DNA from: an uncultured Chloroflexia bacterium
Lineage (GTDB): Bacteria > Chloroflexota > Limnocylindria > Limnocylindrales > CSP1-4
Direction of reading: 5' to 3'
Assembly (NCBI GenBank): GCA_963763775.1
Contig: CAVXPZ010000003.1
Location: 448,001 to 512,000 of the forward strand
Length of the DNA: 64,000 nt
Part shown: positions 23,032 through 34,407 of the stretch, piece after piece
How the letters are laid out: the number at the start of each line of letters is the position of its first letter
Position numbering within the stretch: the first letter of the stretch is position 1
Program-made: the position numbers and the translations under genes
Notes under the pieces: generated by a model
The model's database searches: none
Told to the model about the DNA's origin: nothing
The model's input: the letters and a program-made list of their open reading frames with translations, nothing else

Positions 23032-23490
23032 GTGACGTTCGCCCCCTGGGAATACCTCTTCATCTCGTTCAACAGCAAGAACTTCCCGGACATGTTCTGG
23101 CCGACCGTGATCGCCTCGGCGGTCCTGTTGACGGTGCTGCTGATCCTGTACTTCTTCCGGACCCGGGCCCTCCATCGCCACCCGCCCTACGTCGAGATGT
23201 GGGAGTGGCTGTGGTGGACCGGCCTGATCACGTTCGGCCTGCTCCTGATCATGTCGCTCTTCGTGTTCGACTTCTTCCTCGTGCTCCTGACCGAGATCAT
23301 CGGCATCGGGACCCTCGTGTGGATCCGCTTCCGCCGGTTCCCGCCGGAGTTCGCGGCCTACGAGCACAAGCTCGCCCGCGAGCGCTACTACACCAAGCAG
23401 AAGTTCGCGGTGCCCGAGGCGACCATCCGGCGCCGCGGCGGTGGCGGCGGTGGCGGCAAGCGCGCCCGCGGCCAGCGCCGGCGCCGCTAG
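23032..23490 (+). CDS. Hypothetical membrane protein (about 3 TM, basic tail)
   Basis: Hydrophobic segments, coding-like codon usage. Confidence 0.75.
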   Translation: MTFAPWEYLFISFNSKNFPDMFWPTVIASAVLLTVLLILYFFRTRALHRHPPYVEMWEWLWWTGLITFGLLLIMSLFVFDFFLVLLTEIIGIGTLVWIRFRRFPPEFAAYEHKLARERYYTKQKFAVPEATIRRRGGGGGGGKRARGQRRRR

Positions 23491-23523
23491 CCTTCCGGAT
23501 CGAGCCCTCGACGGCGGCCGGCC

Positions 23524-24000
23524 ATGACCATCGAGATCCAGCGGTTCGGCGTCGGGCACCGACGCCCGGAGGGGCCGGCCGGGACGGTCGGGTTGACCGG
23601 CCAGCCCATCCATGTCGACGGCCGAGGCGTGATCGCCGAGCTCGCGTTCGCGCGCGGCGCCAGGATCGAGCCGCACGCCAACCCGAACACGACGTGGTTC
23701 ATCGTCATCGAGGGCGGCGGCTGGGTGGGGGTCGGCGACGAGCGGACCCGGGTCGCGGCGGGGGAGGCGGTCCTCTGGCCCGCCGACATCGTGCATACCG
23801 CCTGGACCGAGCACTCGGAGATGCGGGCCTTCGTGGTCGAGTTCACGGGGGCGGACGACCGCGAGGTGGTCGGGCTGCTCGAGGGCCGTGCGGTCGAGAT
23901 CGACCCCGAGGATGCGGACCCGGCGCTCCGGGGCGTCGGGACGCTCGCCGACCACCCGGCGCCGCCGGGCGTGGATCCCGGGAGCGGTGAGCCGGCCTGA
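23524..24000 (+). CDS. Cupin domain protein
   Basis: IEPHANPNTTWFIVIEGGG...AGEAVLWPADIVHTA cupin motifs. Confidence 0.75.
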   Translation: MTIEIQRFGVGHRRPEGPAGTVGLTGQPIHVDGRGVIAELAFARGARIEPHANPNTTWFIVIEGGGWVGVGDERTRVAAGEAVLWPADIVHTAWTEHSEMRAFVVEFTGADDREVVGLLEGRAVEIDPEDADPALRGVGTLADHPAPPGVDPGSGEPA

Positions 24001-24042
24001 CCGCGGACGAGCCGCGATCAGGCCGGGGTCTCCTCCGGTGAC

Positions 24043-25563
24043 TTAGCCGTCGAGCCGGCTCGCGGAGTCGAGCAGCTCGAGGAACGTGTGGACCTCGTCG
24101 GTCGCGGGGAGGTCCTCCGCGGCGTCATCGGCCACGCGGCGGATGTCGGTGAGATCGAGCCGGGACGCGAACTCGCTCCCGCGCAGCACCTCGGCGGTCG
24201 CCGCCACGATGGCGTCGAGCCGGAAGTGCGGGTCCGTCCGCTCGAACGATCGCGACAGGTCGCCGACCCGGATGTCGCGCGATGCGTCCCGGACCCGCTG
24301 ATCGTCCGGGTCGGTCCAGCGGAGGTCGACCGTGGCGAGGCGGTCACCATCTCGCTGGTCGTCGCGCAGCCGGAGCGCGTACAGCGCGGTCACCGCGTGA
24401 CCCGCCCCGATGGCGCCCGCGGCCACCCCGGGGTCGGTGAAGTCCTGATCCGCGACGTCGCGGTCCTCGTACCCGACGAGCCGGTACGCCGCGACGCGGT
24501 CGGGGTCGAACGTCACCTGGGCCTTCGCGTCGAGCGCCACCGTCTGGAGCGTCGTGGTCAGGCGGTCCCGGAAGAGCGTCCGGGCCTCGTCGAGGACGTT
24601 GACGTAGGCGTAGAACCCGTCGCCCTGGTCCGCGAGCTGCTCAAGGAGCGCGTCGTTGTAGTTGCCCATCCCGACGCCCACGCTGACGAGCTCGATCCCG
24701 GCCGCCGCGTCGTCCCGGATGCCGCGGAGGATCCCGTCGGCATCGGTCAACCCGACGTTGGCGACACCGTCCGAGGCGAGGACGACCCGGTCGATCCCGT
24801 CCTCGGTCAGGGCATGACGAGCCTGGTCGTAGCCCAGCCGCAGGCCGGCCTCGAGGTTCGTCGAGCCGCCCGGCGTCAGCTCGTCGATGGCGCCGAGGAT
24901 CCGGTCGCGATCGCGCGCGGCGGTGGACTCGAGGACGACCCGCGCGTCGTCGCCGAAGGTCACGACCGCGACGCGGTCATCCGGCCGGAGCTCGTCCACG
25001 AGGATCCGCAGGGCATCCTTGACGAGCTCGAGCCGGCCTTCGCGCTGCATCGATCCCGAGGTGTCGACGACGAAGGTGAGCGACGCGTCCTGTCGAGCCC
25101 GGTCACGCACCTCGCGCGCCTGGAGCCCGATCCGGAGGAGCACCTCGTCCGGCTCCGTGAACGGCGTCGGCCCGCCGTCGACCGAGATCGCGAACGTGTC
25201 CTCGTCGGGAGCGCGATAGCCCTGGTCGAAGGCGTTGACCCACTCCTCGACGCGGACGCTCGATGGGTCGGGCCGGTGGCCGTCGTCGAGGTACCGCTGC
25301 GCGATCGTGTAGGAGGCGGTGTCGATGTCGAGCGCGAAGGTCGAGACCCGGTCCTGATCGGGGTCGACGAATGGGTTCACTCCGGGGTCCTGGAAGGTCA
25401 CGCCCGGATATGGCGAGCTCGCCGGCTGCGCCGGCGCTGGGGTCTCGTGATGGTGCTGGGGTGGTGCCACGGCGCCGGCGGCGGGCGATCCGCCGTAGCT
25501 GCTCGTGCTGCAGGCGGACGCCACGAGGGCGACCGCGGCCAGAGACAGGAGTGGCTTGCGCAT
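24043..25563 (-). CDS. YfbK-like VWA-domain lipoprotein
   Basis: Lipobox ASAC; STFALDIDTASY, RVEEWVNAF, MIDAS DTSGS, SDGVANVG. Confidence 0.88.
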   Translation of the reverse strand: MRKPLLSLAAVALVASACSTSSYGGSPAAGAVAPPQHHHETPAPAQPASSPYPGVTFQDPGVNPFVDPDQDRVSTFALDIDTASYTIAQRYLDDGHRPDPSSVRVEEWVNAFDQGYRAPDEDTFAISVDGGPTPFTEPDEVLLRIGLQAREVRDRARQDASLTFVVDTSGSMQREGRLELVKDALRILVDELRPDDRVAVVTFGDDARVVLESTAARDRDRILGAIDELTPGGSTNLEAGLRLGYDQARHALTEDGIDRVVLASDGVANVGLTDADGILRGIRDDAAAGIELVSVGVGMGNYNDALLEQLADQGDGFYAYVNVLDEARTLFRDRLTTTLQTVALDAKAQVTFDPDRVAAYRLVGYEDRDVADQDFTDPGVAAGAIGAGHAVTALYALRLRDDQRDGDRLATVDLRWTDPDDQRVRDASRDIRVGDLSRSFERTDPHFRLDAIVAATAEVLRGSEFASRLDLTDIRRVADDAAEDLPATDEVHTFLELLDSASRLDG

Positions 25564-25663
25564 GGCGCAACCTCCCTGCGAGGAGCCGGTGAGGACTCCC
25601 GGGTCACGTGGGCGGTCCGCCGGAGCGGGTCCGCAGGTCCCGGTGCGCCGCCACGAAGTGCGT

Positions 25664-25694
25664 CGTCGGGCCGCCGCAACGACGCGGCCCGACG
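25664..25694. terminator. 11-bp inverted repeat downstream of the clpB-nudix operon
   Basis: CGTCGGGCCGC / GCGGCCCGACG with 9-nt loop; no clear U-tract. Confidence 0.4.
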
Positions 25695-25737
25695 GCCCGC
25701 GGTTCCCGGGGACGCTCGGTCCGTGGTTCGCCAGAGG

Positions 25738-26385
25738 TCAATCGGCGGCGAGGATCGCGCCCAGCTGGCTCAGGATGCGGGCCGTCGCGCCCCAGATCGA
25801 CAGGCCCTCGACCTCGTAGGCGCCGTACCGCAGCCGCCAATCGCGGACCGTCCGCTCGACGATCTCGATGGGCGATCCCGGGAGGAAGGTGTCCATCGCC
25901 GGCTCGATGATCCGGGCCACCTCGCGGGCCGATGCGGTGAGGCGGGGCGGTCGCTCGGCGACCGCGACCACGGGCGTGACCGAGAAGTCGCTCACCGGGA
26001 TCCAGAACGATTCGAGCACCCCGACGACTCGGGTCCCGGTCGCGGCGGCGTCCAGTCCGACCTCCTCGGTCGCCTCGCGGAGGGCGGTGGCGACGATGTC
26101 GACGTCGTCGGGTTCGGCCTTGCCACCGGGGAAGCTGACCTCGCCCGAGTGATGGCCGTCGTGGGTCGAGCGCTCGATGAGGACGACCCGCGTCTCGCCC
26201 GAGGCGTCCGGGTAGAGGAGCGCCAGGACGCCGGCGGGCCTCGCCGGCTGGCCCGGCCGCCCCGACGCCGGGACGCGGGTCGGCTGGACGGTCTCCCCGA
26301 CCACGATCGGCATCAGGACGTCGGCCGGCTCCGGGAGCGGGTCGGGCAGGACCGCGAGGCGATCGAGGACGGTCTCGAACTGCAC
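25738..26385 (-). CDS. Nudix CoA pyrophosphatase
   Basis: HSGEVSFPGG, TALREATEEVG, IWGATARIL; GTG at 26385. Confidence 0.9.
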   Translation of the reverse strand: MQFETVLDRLAVLPDPLPEPADVLMPIVVGETVQPTRVPASGRPGQPARPAGVLALLYPDASGETRVVLIERSTHDGHHSGEVSFPGGKAEPDDVDIVATALREATEEVGLDAAATGTRVVGVLESFWIPVSDFSVTPVVAVAERPPRLTASAREVARIIEPAMDTFLPGSPIEIVERTVRDWRLRYGAYEVEGLSIWGATARILSQLGAILAAD

Positions 26386-26401
26386 CGGCGACGGGCCGTC
26401 G

Positions 26402-29152
26402 CTAGTTGACGAGGTCGCCGTCGTCGCGCTTGCGACGCGTCGACGGGAGATCGAGGGGCGACGTCCTCGCGGCCGACGCCGCCGGCCGCCACGGGATCGG
26501 CGATCGCTCGAACGCGACCGCGCGTCGCGCCGCGTCCCGTCGCCCACGACCGTGGCATCGGCCGTCGAGAAGACCAGCGTCCCGGAGGCGAGGTCCGCGT
26601 CGGCGGTCACGACGTCGCCCGGCTTGAACTCGCCGGCGACGAGCGCCCGGGCGAGCGGGTTCTCCACGAGCCGCTGGATGGTCCGCTTGAGCGGTCGCGC
26701 CCCGAAGGCCGGGTCCGTCCCCTCGCGGACGATCAGCGCCTTCGCGGCGGCCGTCAGCCCGAGGCTGAGGTCGAGCTCGCCGACCCGCTTCGACAGGTCG
26801 GCGACCAGGAGGTCCACGATCCGGACGAGGTCGTCCTCGGTCAGGGCGTGGAACACGATGACCTCGTCGACGCGGTTGAGGAACTCCGGTCGGAACTGGG
26901 CGTGGAGGATGTCCGTGACCTCGCGCTTCATGGCCTCGTAGCGCGGCGTCGCCCGACCTCGCCCCGGCGGCGGCGATCGCGGCGCTGCCGACGTTGCTCG
27001 TCATGATCACGACCGTGTTCTTGAAGTCGACCGTGCGTCCCTGGCCGTCGGTCAGCCGGCCGTCGTCGAGCACCTGGAGCAGGACGTTGAAGACGTCCGG
27101 ATGGGCCTTCTCGATCTCGTCGAGCAGCACCACCTGGTACGGACGCCGCCGGACGGCCTCGGTCAGCTGTCCGCCCTCCTCGTAGCCGACGTAGCCCGGA
27201 GGGGCCCCGACGAGCCGCGAGACGGCGAACTTCTCCATGTACTCGCTCATGTCGATGCGGACCATCGCCGCCTCGTCGTCGAACAGGAACGACGCCAGGG
27301 CCCGCGCGAGCTCGGTCTTGCCGACGCCCGTGGGACCGAGGAACAGGAACGACCCGATCGGTCGGCGCGGGTCCTTGAGCCCGGACCGGGCCCGCCGCAC
27401 CGCGTCGGACACGGCCTGGATGGCCTCCTCCTGCCCGACGACGCGCTCGTGGAGCCGCTCCTCCATGTGGACGAGCTTGGCCATCTCGCCTTCCATCAGG
27501 CGGCTGACCGGGATCCCGGTCCAGGCCCCGACGATCTCCGCGATGTCGTCCGCGGTGACCTCCTCCTTCAGGAGCGAGCCGGGACCCTGGAGCGTCGCGA
27601 GGACGCTCTCCTGCTCGGCCATGCGGTCATCGAGCGCCTTCACCGTGCCGTACTTGAGCTCGGCGGCTGTCGCGTAGTCCGCCTCGCGCTCCGCCTGCTC
27701 GATCCGGACGGTGACCGACTCGATCTCGGACTTCGTTGCGCGCATCGCCGCGATGGCCGACTTCTCGGCCTCCCAGCGCTGCTTCATCGCGCCGGCCTCC
27801 TCCTCGATGTCGGCCAGCTCCTTCTCGAGCGCCTCGAGCCGGGCCTTCGAGCCCTCGTCGGTCTCCTTGCGCAGCGCCTCCCGCTCGATCTCGAGCTGGA
27901 TCCGCCGGCGCTCGAGCTCGTCGAGCTCGATCGGCATCGAATCGATCTCCATGCGGAGCCTCGACGCGCTCTCGTCCACGAGGTCGATGGCCTTGTCCGG
28001 CAGGAAGCGCTCCGTGATGTACCGGTTCGACAGCGTGGCCGCCGCGACGAGCGCCGAATCGGTGATGCGCACGCCGTGGTGGACCTCGTACCGCTCGCGC
28101 AGGCCGCGCAGGATGCTGATGGTCTCCTCGACGGTCGGCTCGTCGACCAGGACCGGCTGGAAGCGCCGCTCGAGGGCGGCGTCCTTCTCGATGTACTTGC
28201 GGTACTCGTCGAGCGTCGTCGCGCCGATCGTGTGGAGCTCGCCCCGCGCGAGCATCGGCTTGAGCAGGTTCGAGGCGTCCATCGCCCCTTCGGCGGCCCC
28301 GGCACCCACGACGGTGTGGAGCTCGTCGATGAAGAGCACGACCTGGCCGTCGGAGTCCTTGATCTCCTTCAGGACGGCCTTGAGCCGTTCCTCGAACTCG
28401 CCGCGGAACTTCGCGCCGGCGATGAGCGCCCCCAGGTCGAGCGCCACGACGCGCTTGTTCTTCAGGCCCTCGGGGACGTCGCCTCGGACGATGCGCTGGG
28501 CGAGCCCCTCGACGATCGCGGTCTTGCCGACGCCGGGCTCGCCGATGAGCACCGGGTTGTTCTTCGTCCGGCGCGAGAGGACCTGGATGACCCGCCGGAC
28601 CTCCTCGTCACGCCCGATGACCGGGTCGAGCTTGCCGGCACGCGCCTCGGTCGTGAGGTCCCGCCCGTACTTCTCGAGCGCGGCATACGTGCCCTCCGGG
28701 TTCGGCGAGGTCACGCGCTGTCCGCCGCGGACGCTCTGGAGCGCCTGGAGGATGGCCTCCTTGCCGGCTGCGTGCGATTCGAGGAGCGCCTGTCCGTCGC
28801 CACCGGCCTCGGCGATCCCGAGGAGCAGGTGCTCGGTGGAGACGTACTCGTCGCCGAGCCGCCGGGCTTCCGCCTCGGCATGGTCGACCACGCCCTTGGC
28901 CCGAGGGTCGAGCGCCAGCGAGCCGCCCTGGATGCGTGCGCGTCGGGCGAGCGCCGCGGCGACCTCGCCGCGGAACGCCGGCACGTCCACCCCGAGACGC
29001 CGCAGGGTCTCGGCCGGGATGCCGTCGTCGGGTTCGACGAGCGCGCTGAGGATGTGCTCCGCGTCGAGCACGGGGCTGTGGAGCCGCTCGGCGGTGGCCT
29101 GGGCGGCGAGGATGGCCTCCTGGGCCTTCTGGGTGAAGCGATCGAGTTGCAT
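26402..29152 (-). CDS. clpB: ATP-dependent chaperone ClpB (frameshift near 26945 and further indel(s) near the 3' end)
   Basis: Two AAA+ modules ([16 protein letters not shown]) with a middle coiled-coil; [11 protein letters not shown] and [10 protein letters not shown] lie in the 25738..26931 frame. Confidence 0.95.
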   Translation of the reverse strand: MQLDRFTQKAQEAILAAQATAERLHSPVLDAEHILSALVEPDDGIPAETLRRLGVDVPAFRGEVAAALARRARIQGGSLALDPRAKGVVDHAEAEARRLGDEYVSTEHLLLGIAEAGGDGQALLESHAAGKEAILQALQSVRGGQRVTSPNPEGTYAALEKYGRDLTTEARAGKLDPVIGRDEEVRRVIQVLSRRTKNNPVLIGEPGVGKTAIVEGLAQRIVRGDVPEGLKNKRVVALDLGALIAGAKFRGEFEERLKAVLKEIKDSDGQVVLFIDELHTVVGAGAAEGAMDASNLLKPMLARGELHTIGATTLDEYRKYIEKDAALERRFQPVLVDEPTVEETISILRGLRERYEVHHGVRITDSALVAAATLSNRYITERFLPDKAIDLVDESASRLRMEIDSMPIELDELERRRIQLEIEREALRKETDEGSKARLEALEKELADIEEEAGAMKQRWEAEKSAIAAMRATKSEIESVTVRIEQAEREADYATAAELKYGTVKALDDRMAEQESVLATLQGPGSLLKEEVTADDIAEIVGAWTGIPVSRLMEGEMAKLVHMEERLHERVVGQEEAIQAVSDAVRRARSGLKDPRRPIGSFLFLGPTGVGKTELARALASFLFDDEAAMVRIDMSEYMEKFAVSRLVGAPPGYVGYEEGGQLTEAVRRRPYQVVLLDEIEKAHPDVFNVLLQVLDDGRLTDGQGRTVDFKNTVVIMTSNVGSAAIAAAGARSGDAALRGHEARGHGHPPRPVPTGVPQPRRRGHRVPRPDRGRPRPDRGPPGRRPVEAGRRARPQPRADGRREGADRPRGDGPGLRGATAQADHPAARGEPARPGARRRRVQAGRRRDRRRGPRLRDAGLLDGRCHGRGRRDAARRAVAFERSPIPWRPAASAARTSPLDLPSTRRKRDDGDLVN

Positions 29153-29178
29153 GGCCGGTTCTCTTGGTCTGGCTCGCG

Positions 29179-30213
29179 TCAGCGAGGATCGGGTTGGTCG
29201 ACGAGGTCGAAGAAGCGGTGGCCCGCCTCGACGGCGTCGTCGGAGAGCTGGGTGGGAAGGATGACCTTGGCCTTGGCATAGAGGTCGCCGTGCCCCGAGG
29301 CGTCGAGTCGGGGCATGCCCTGGCCGGTGAGCCGGAACGTCTTGCCGTTCGGTGTGCCGGCCGGGACCCGGAGCAGGACCCGGCCCTTCAGCGTGCGGAC
29401 CGGCACCTCGGCACCGAGCAGCGCTTCCTGGAGCGTGAGCGGGAGGTCGCGCTCGAGGTCAGCGCCGCGCCGCCTGAACGTGGCATCGGGCGTCATCCGG
29501 ACGACGACGTACAGGTCGCCGCCGCCGGGCGCCTTGCCGGTCAGCCGGACGCGCGTTCCCGTGTCCGCGCCGCGGGGGATCTTGACCTCCAGGCGCTTGC
29601 CGTCCACCTCGACGAGGCGCGTCGTGCTGTGGAAGGCCTCCTCGAGCGTGATCTCGGCGATGGCTTCCGCCGTCGGCTTGGGTGCCGGCCGTGGCGTGGC
29701 GCCGGTGCCGGCGCTCCCGCCGGACCCGTCCAGGCCCATCCCCGAGAGGATGTCCCCGAACCCGGGTCCCCCGGTCGGCCGACGGCCGCGGCCCGGGCCG
29801 GTGGCGCCCGCCGACGCGGCAGCGTCCTCGCCGAAGAACATCCGGAAGAAGTCGCTGAAGCCGCCGCCGTCGCCACTGGTCCGGAACTCGTAGCGGACGT
29901 TGCCACCGGCGCCTCCGAAGCCCGTGAACGGGCTCCCGCTCGCGCCGGCCGAGCCGTAGGCGTCCCAGTTCGCCCCGAGCGCGTCATACCGCTTGCGCTT
30001 GTCCGGGTCGGACAGGACCTCGTTGGCCTCGTTGACGTCCTTGAAGCGCTGCTCGGCGGCCTTGTCCCCGGGCTGCGCGTCGGGATGATGCTGGCGGGCG
30101 AGCTTGCGGAAGGCCTTCTTGATCTCGGCCTGGGACGCCGTCCTCGGGACGCCGAGGACGGCGTAGTAATCCTGGTACTCGAGACCCGGAGCGCCGGGCC
30201 GGCTCCCCGCCAA
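29179..30213 (-). CDS. DnaJ class B / CbpA-like co-chaperone
   Basis: J domain DYYAVLGV...HPD, G/F region and C-terminal domain; no zinc finger. Confidence 0.92.
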   Translation of the reverse strand: MAGSRPGAPGLEYQDYYAVLGVPRTASQAEIKKAFRKLARQHHPDAQPGDKAAEQRFKDVNEANEVLSDPDKRKRYDALGANWDAYGSAGASGSPFTGFGGAGGNVRYEFRTSGDGGGFSDFFRMFFGEDAAASAGATGPGRGRRPTGGPGFGDILSGMGLDGSGGSAGTGATPRPAPKPTAEAIAEITLEEAFHSTTRLVEVDGKRLEVKIPRGADTGTRVRLTGKAPGGGDLYVVVRMTPDATFRRRGADLERDLPLTLQEALLGAEVPVRTLKGRVLLRVPAGTPNGKTFRLTGQGMPRLDASGHGDLYAKAKVILPTQLSDDAVEAGHRFFDLVDQPDPR

Positions 30214-30222
30214 CGGACCCTC

Positions 30223-32712
30223 CTAGGTGCCCCGGACGACGACCGGCGGCTGGTCGGTCGGCGGGAACTCCGTTCGCCGGGCGGCCGGCGCGGGCGCCGG
30301 CTCGGCCGGCGTCTCGCTCTTCACGACCTTCGGCGGCTCGACCGGCAGCGCCTTCGGCTTGCGCCGGAGGGCCGCGTCGAGCACCTGGTCCATGTTGTCC
30401 ACGAGGATCAGCTTGATGGACTTGCGGATCTCGTCCGGGATGTCGCGCAGGTCCTTCTCGTTCTTCCGTGGAAGGATGACGATCCGGGCCCCCGACAGGT
30501 GGGCGGCGAGGATCTTGCTCTTGAGCCCGCCGATCGGCAGCACTCGACCACGCAGCGTGATCTCGCCGGTCATGGCCACATCCTTGCGGACGGGGATGCC
30601 GGTCAGGGCGCTGACCATGGCGGTGGCCATCGTGATGCCCGCGGACGGGCCGTCCTTCGGGATCCCGCCGGCCGGCACGTGGATGTGGAGCGTGTTGGTC
30701 TCGAAGACCTCGCGCTTGATGCCGAGCTCCCGGGCGTGGGCTCTCGTCCACGACAGGCCGGCTCGCGCGGACTCGCGCATCACCTCGCCGAGCTGGCCGG
30801 TCAGGATGAAGTCTTCCTTGCCCTCCATCCGGGTGACCTCGATGGCGATGACGTCGCCGCCGACCTCGGTCACGACGAGGCCCGTGGCCGCGCCGGTCTG
30901 ATCTTCGGATTCCAGCTCGCCGTACTCGAACCGCTGCGGGCCGAGCAGCTCGACGAGCTTCTTGGGATCGATCACGGTCTTGCGCGTGCGGCCCTCGGCG
31001 ACCTGCCGGGCGACCTTGCGCATGACGTTGGCGATCTCGCGCTCGAGGTTCCGGACGCCCGCTTCGTGGGTGTACGAGCGGACGAGCTCGGTCATGGCTT
31101 CATCCGTGATCTGGATGTTCTTCGCCTTGAGCCCGTGGTTCGCCATCTGCTTGGGGATGAGGAATTGCTTGCCGATCTCGATCTTCTCGGTCTCGGTGTA
31201 GCCCGGCAGGTGCACGACCTCCATCCGGTCGCGCAGGGCGGCCGGGATCGGGTCGAGCAGGTTGGCGGTGGCCACGAACAGCACCTTCGAGAGGTCGAAC
31301 GGCACCTCGAGGTAGTTGTCCTGGAAGCTGTTGTTCTGCTCCGGGTCGAGGACCTCGAGCAGCGCCGACGACGGGTCGCCCCGGAAGTCCATGCCGATCT
31401 TGTCGACCTCGTCGAGCATGAACACGGGGTTGTTGGTGCCCGCGGTCTTGATGCTCTGCACGATGCGGCCCGGAAGCGCCCCGATGTAGGTGCGCCGGTG
31501 GCCGCGGATCTCCGCCTCGTCGTGGATGCCGCCGAGGCTCATCCGCACGAACTTGCGGCCCATCGCTCGCGCGATGCTCTTGCCGAGCGACGTCTTGCCG
31601 ACGCCGGGGGGTCCGACGAAGGCGAGGATCGGGCTGCGGATCTCGTCGGCCAGGGTGCGCACCGCGAGGTACTCGAGGATGCGCTCCTTGATCTTCTCGA
31701 GGCCGTAGTGGTCCTCGTCGAGGATGCGGGCGGCTTCCTTGATGTCGAGCTGGTCGTCGGTCGAGACGTTCCAGGGCAGGCCAACGAGCCAGTCCACGTA
31801 GGTCCGGATGACCCCGACCTCGGGCGACGCCGACGGGATGCGGCTCATCCGGTCGATCTCCTTGATCGCCCGGGCCTTGATCTCGTCCGGCATGCCGGCG
31901 CTCTCGACCTTGTCGCGGAGTTCGTTGATCTCGGCCTGCTGCGGGTCGTCCTCGCCGAGCTCGCGCTGGATGGCCTTGAGCTGCTCGCGGAGGATGTACT
32001 CGCGCTGGGTCTTGTCCATCTCGGACTTGACCTCGGACTGGATCCGACCCTTCAGCTCGAGGATCTCGATCTGGCGGTTGAGGAAGGTCGAGACGAGCTT
32101 GAGTCGCTCGACGATGTCGATGGTCTCGAGCAGCTCCTGGCGCTGCTCGGTCGTCATGTCCGGGCTGTACGCGACCATGTCGGCGAGCAGCCCGGGCTCG
32201 GTGATATTGCGAGCGGCCACGGCGGCTTCCGGCGGGACCGGCGCGCCGTTGGCGACGTACTGCTCGATCTGCGCCTGGACCGAGCGCATCAGCGCCTGGA
32301 CCTCGACGCCCGTCGGGCTCTCGTCGGCCAGCTCGGAGACGGTCGCGGTGATGTACGGGCCGGTCGAGGTGAAGCCGTGGACGCGCAGGCGCGACTGGCC
32401 CTGGACGATGGCCCGGACGGTCCCGTCCTGGAGCTGCACGACCTGGGCGATCTTGGCGAGCGTGCCGATCTCGTAGAGCTCGGACGGGTCGTCGATGTCT
32501 TCCTGCTCGGCCTGTCGCTGGGTCACGAGCGCGATGGGTCCGCCGTCGGCGACGGCGGCGTTGAGCGCGGCGACGCTCTTCTCGCGGCCGACCTGGAGCG
32601 GCACGATCATCTCCGGGAAGATGACCGTCTCCCGGAGGGCGACGAGGGGCAGCTCGCGCGGTCCGGCGGTGGTCGGCTGCTCGTCGACCGGGGTTGACGG
32701 TCGCTTGGCCAT
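30223..32712 (-). CDS. lon: Lon protease
   Basis: [23 protein letters not shown]. Confidence 0.97.
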   Translation of the reverse strand: MAKRPSTPVDEQPTTAGPRELPLVALRETVIFPEMIVPLQVGREKSVAALNAAVADGGPIALVTQRQAEQEDIDDPSELYEIGTLAKIAQVVQLQDGTVRAIVQGQSRLRVHGFTSTGPYITATVSELADESPTGVEVQALMRSVQAQIEQYVANGAPVPPEAAVAARNITEPGLLADMVAYSPDMTTEQRQELLETIDIVERLKLVSTFLNRQIEILELKGRIQSEVKSEMDKTQREYILREQLKAIQRELGEDDPQQAEINELRDKVESAGMPDEIKARAIKEIDRMSRIPSASPEVGVIRTYVDWLVGLPWNVSTDDQLDIKEAARILDEDHYGLEKIKERILEYLAVRTLADEIRSPILAFVGPPGVGKTSLGKSIARAMGRKFVRMSLGGIHDEAEIRGHRRTYIGALPGRIVQSIKTAGTNNPVFMLDEVDKIGMDFRGDPSSALLEVLDPEQNNSFQDNYLEVPFDLSKVLFVATANLLDPIPAALRDRMEVVHLPGYTETEKIEIGKQFLIPKQMANHGLKAKNIQITDEAMTELVRSYTHEAGVRNLEREIANVMRKVARQVAEGRTRKTVIDPKKLVELLGPQRFEYGELESEDQTGAATGLVVTEVGGDVIAIEVTRMEGKEDFILTGQLGEVMRESARAGLSWTRAHARELGIKREVFETNTLHIHVPAGGIPKDGPSAGITMATAMVSALTGIPVRKDVAMTGEITLRGRVLPIGGLKSKILAAHLSGARIVILPRKNEKDLRDIPDEIRKSIKLILVDNMDQVLDAALRRKPKALPVEPPKVVKSETPAEPAPAPAARRTEFPPTDQPPVVVRGT

Positions 32713-32735
32713 CAGATCTCTCCTAGTTCCTTGGT

Positions 32736-33116
32736 TCAGGCGGTCCGCGGGGTCGCGGAGGCGTCGGTCTCGTCGGGGTTGGTGTCCGCCGGGCTGGCGA
32801 CGGCCTCGGCGGCCCCCGTCCCTTCGGCGTACAGGGCTTCGAGGATGCGCGCCCCGAGGCGCTCCTCGAGTTCGAACAGGATCCGGATGCCGGCGAGGTT
32901 CACGCCGCGCTCCCGGGTGAGGTGGCGGATCCAGAGGATCCGTCGGATGTCGTTCTCGCTATAGAGGCGGATGTTCGTGGGTGTCCGTGCCGGGCAGAGG
33001 AGACCCTCGTCCTCGTAGATGCGCAGCGTCCTGGGGTGTGCGCTCACGAGCGTGGCCGCCACGCTGATCACGTAGACGGGCCGCGTCGGATCTCGATCCG
33101 GACGGGTGGCTGTCAT
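32736..33116 (-). CDS. hspR: HspR-like MerR-family heat-shock repressor
   Basis: PVYVISVAATLVSAHPRTLRIYE..GLLCPART...RLYS...GVNLAGI; first gene of the chaperone operon. Confidence 0.85.
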   Translation of the reverse strand: MTATRPDRDPTRPVYVISVAATLVSAHPRTLRIYEDEGLLCPARTPTNIRLYSENDIRRILWIRHLTRERGVNLAGIRILFELEERLGARILEALYAEGTGAAEAVASPADTNPDETDASATPRTA

Positions 33117-33122
33117 GCCGGG

Positions 33123-33152
33123 ATGCTAGAACGTTGACAATGACGTTGTCAA
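33123..33152 (-). promoter_or_regulatory. sigma70 promoter (TTGACA-N18-TAGCAT) overlapped by palindromic operator TTGACAA-N5-TTGTCAA
   Basis: -35 at 33147-33152, -10 at 33123-33128, ATG 6 nt downstream; palindrome 33134-33152. Confidence 0.85.
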
Positions 33153-33198
33153 GAGTCCTGCGCGTTTCGCGATTCGAGATCGTCCGCCCCGGGGCGGA

Positions 33199-33882
33199 TC
33201 AGGCGTCGATCGGGCTCGGTTCCTCGTCGCCGATCAGCTGGCTGTGGAGCAGGTCCTGGCACTCCTGCTTGCCGATGGCGATGACCTTGTCGCCCTCGAG
33301 CATGATCGTGTCCGGCCGAAGCGGCGTCGCCACCCCGTCGCGGATGACGGCGAAGAGGGAGCAGCCTTCGGGGATCGCGAGGTCCTTCGGGGCGCGGCCG
33401 ATGGCCGGCGACCCGGACTGGAGATGGGCCTCGATGAGCTCGAGCTCTCCCTCGCCGAGCGCCGCCAGGTGGAGCAGCTCGTGGACCGGGATGTCCTGCT
33501 CGATCGAGCCAAGGATCATCCGGGTGGGACTGATGATCTCGTCGACGCCAAGGTGCCGGAACAGCGCCTCGTTCTTGGGGTTGTTGACGCGGGCGATCGT
33601 GCGCGGCACGTCGAAGTGGTGCTTGGCCATCTGGCAGATGACGAGGTTGTCCTCGTCGTCGCCGGTCACGGCCGCCACGACGTCCGCCCGGTTGCAGCCC
33701 GCCTCGCCGAGGTACTTGCCCTCGCAGCCGTCGTTGGCGATGACGATCGAGCCGATCTCGTCGGCGATCTGCCCGGCGCGAGCCGGGTCCTTCTCCATGA
33801 GGGCCACCTCGTGGCCCGATTCGACGAGTTCCTTGGCCAGGTAGTACCCGACCTTCCCGCCACCGACGACGAGGACGAACAT
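33199..33882 (-). CDS. TrkA-family K+ uptake regulatory protein (RCK-N + RCK-C)
   Basis: VVGGGKVG, AVTGDDEDNLVICQ, ARVNNPKN, RCK-C domain. Confidence 0.92.
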   Translation of the reverse strand: MFVLVVGGGKVGYYLAKELVESGHEVALMEKDPARAGQIADEIGSIVIANDGCEGKYLGEAGCNRADVVAAVTGDDEDNLVICQMAKHHFDVPRTIARVNNPKNEALFRHLGVDEIISPTRMILGSIEQDIPVHELLHLAALGEGELELIEAHLQSGSPAIGRAPKDLAIPEGCSLFAVIRDGVATPLRPDTIMLEGDKVIAIGKQECQDLLHSQLIGDEEPSPIDA

Positions 33883-33885
33883 GGC

Positions 33886-34407
33886 TCAGGCCTCCCGGGC
33901 CGCGGCCGGGGCCGGGGCGCTCCCGTCGGCCGCGGCCGCCGGGTGATCGTGGTGGGTGCCGCCGGGGTGGGTGCCGGTCGGCCCGAGCATCCCGACGACG
34001 CCCGACGGGGCGAACCCGAGATACCCGTTGATGGCGTCGTGCATGAGGCCGGTCCGACAGAGCGTCGCGAGGCCGAGGGCCGCGTAGGCCTCGGCCCGGA
34101 CCGGGTCGTTCAGCTTGGCGACCACGCGCTCGATGCCGAGCGCCTCGGCGGCGACCTGGGCGGCCATCACGTTGCGGTTGTCGCCCTCGGTCATCGCGAG
34201 GAAGACGTCAGCCCCCTCGGCGCCGGCCCGTCGCAGCACGTCCTTGTCGGTGCCATCTCCGCGGATCGCCTTGCCGCCGAACGTCGAGGGGAGGCGGTCG
34301 AAGGCGCTGGTCCGGGTATCGACGATCAGGACCTCGTGACCGGCACGGTCATAGGAATCGGCGAGGGCGGCGCCGACACGGCCGCAGCCCACGATGACGA
34401 TCTTCAC
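33886..34407 (-). CDS. TrkA-N (RCK-N only) protein
   Basis: VKIVIVGCGRVG, GDGTD, TEGDNRN; GTG 34407 overlaps the USP stop. Confidence 0.9.
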   Translation of the reverse strand: MKIVIVGCGRVGAALADSYDRAGHEVLIVDTRTSAFDRLPSTFGGKAIRGDGTDKDVLRRAGAEGADVFLAMTEGDNRNVMAAQVAAEALGIERVVAKLNDPVRAEAYAALGLATLCRTGLMHDAINGYLGFAPSGVVGMLGPTGTHPGGTHHDHPAAAADGSAPAPAAAREA

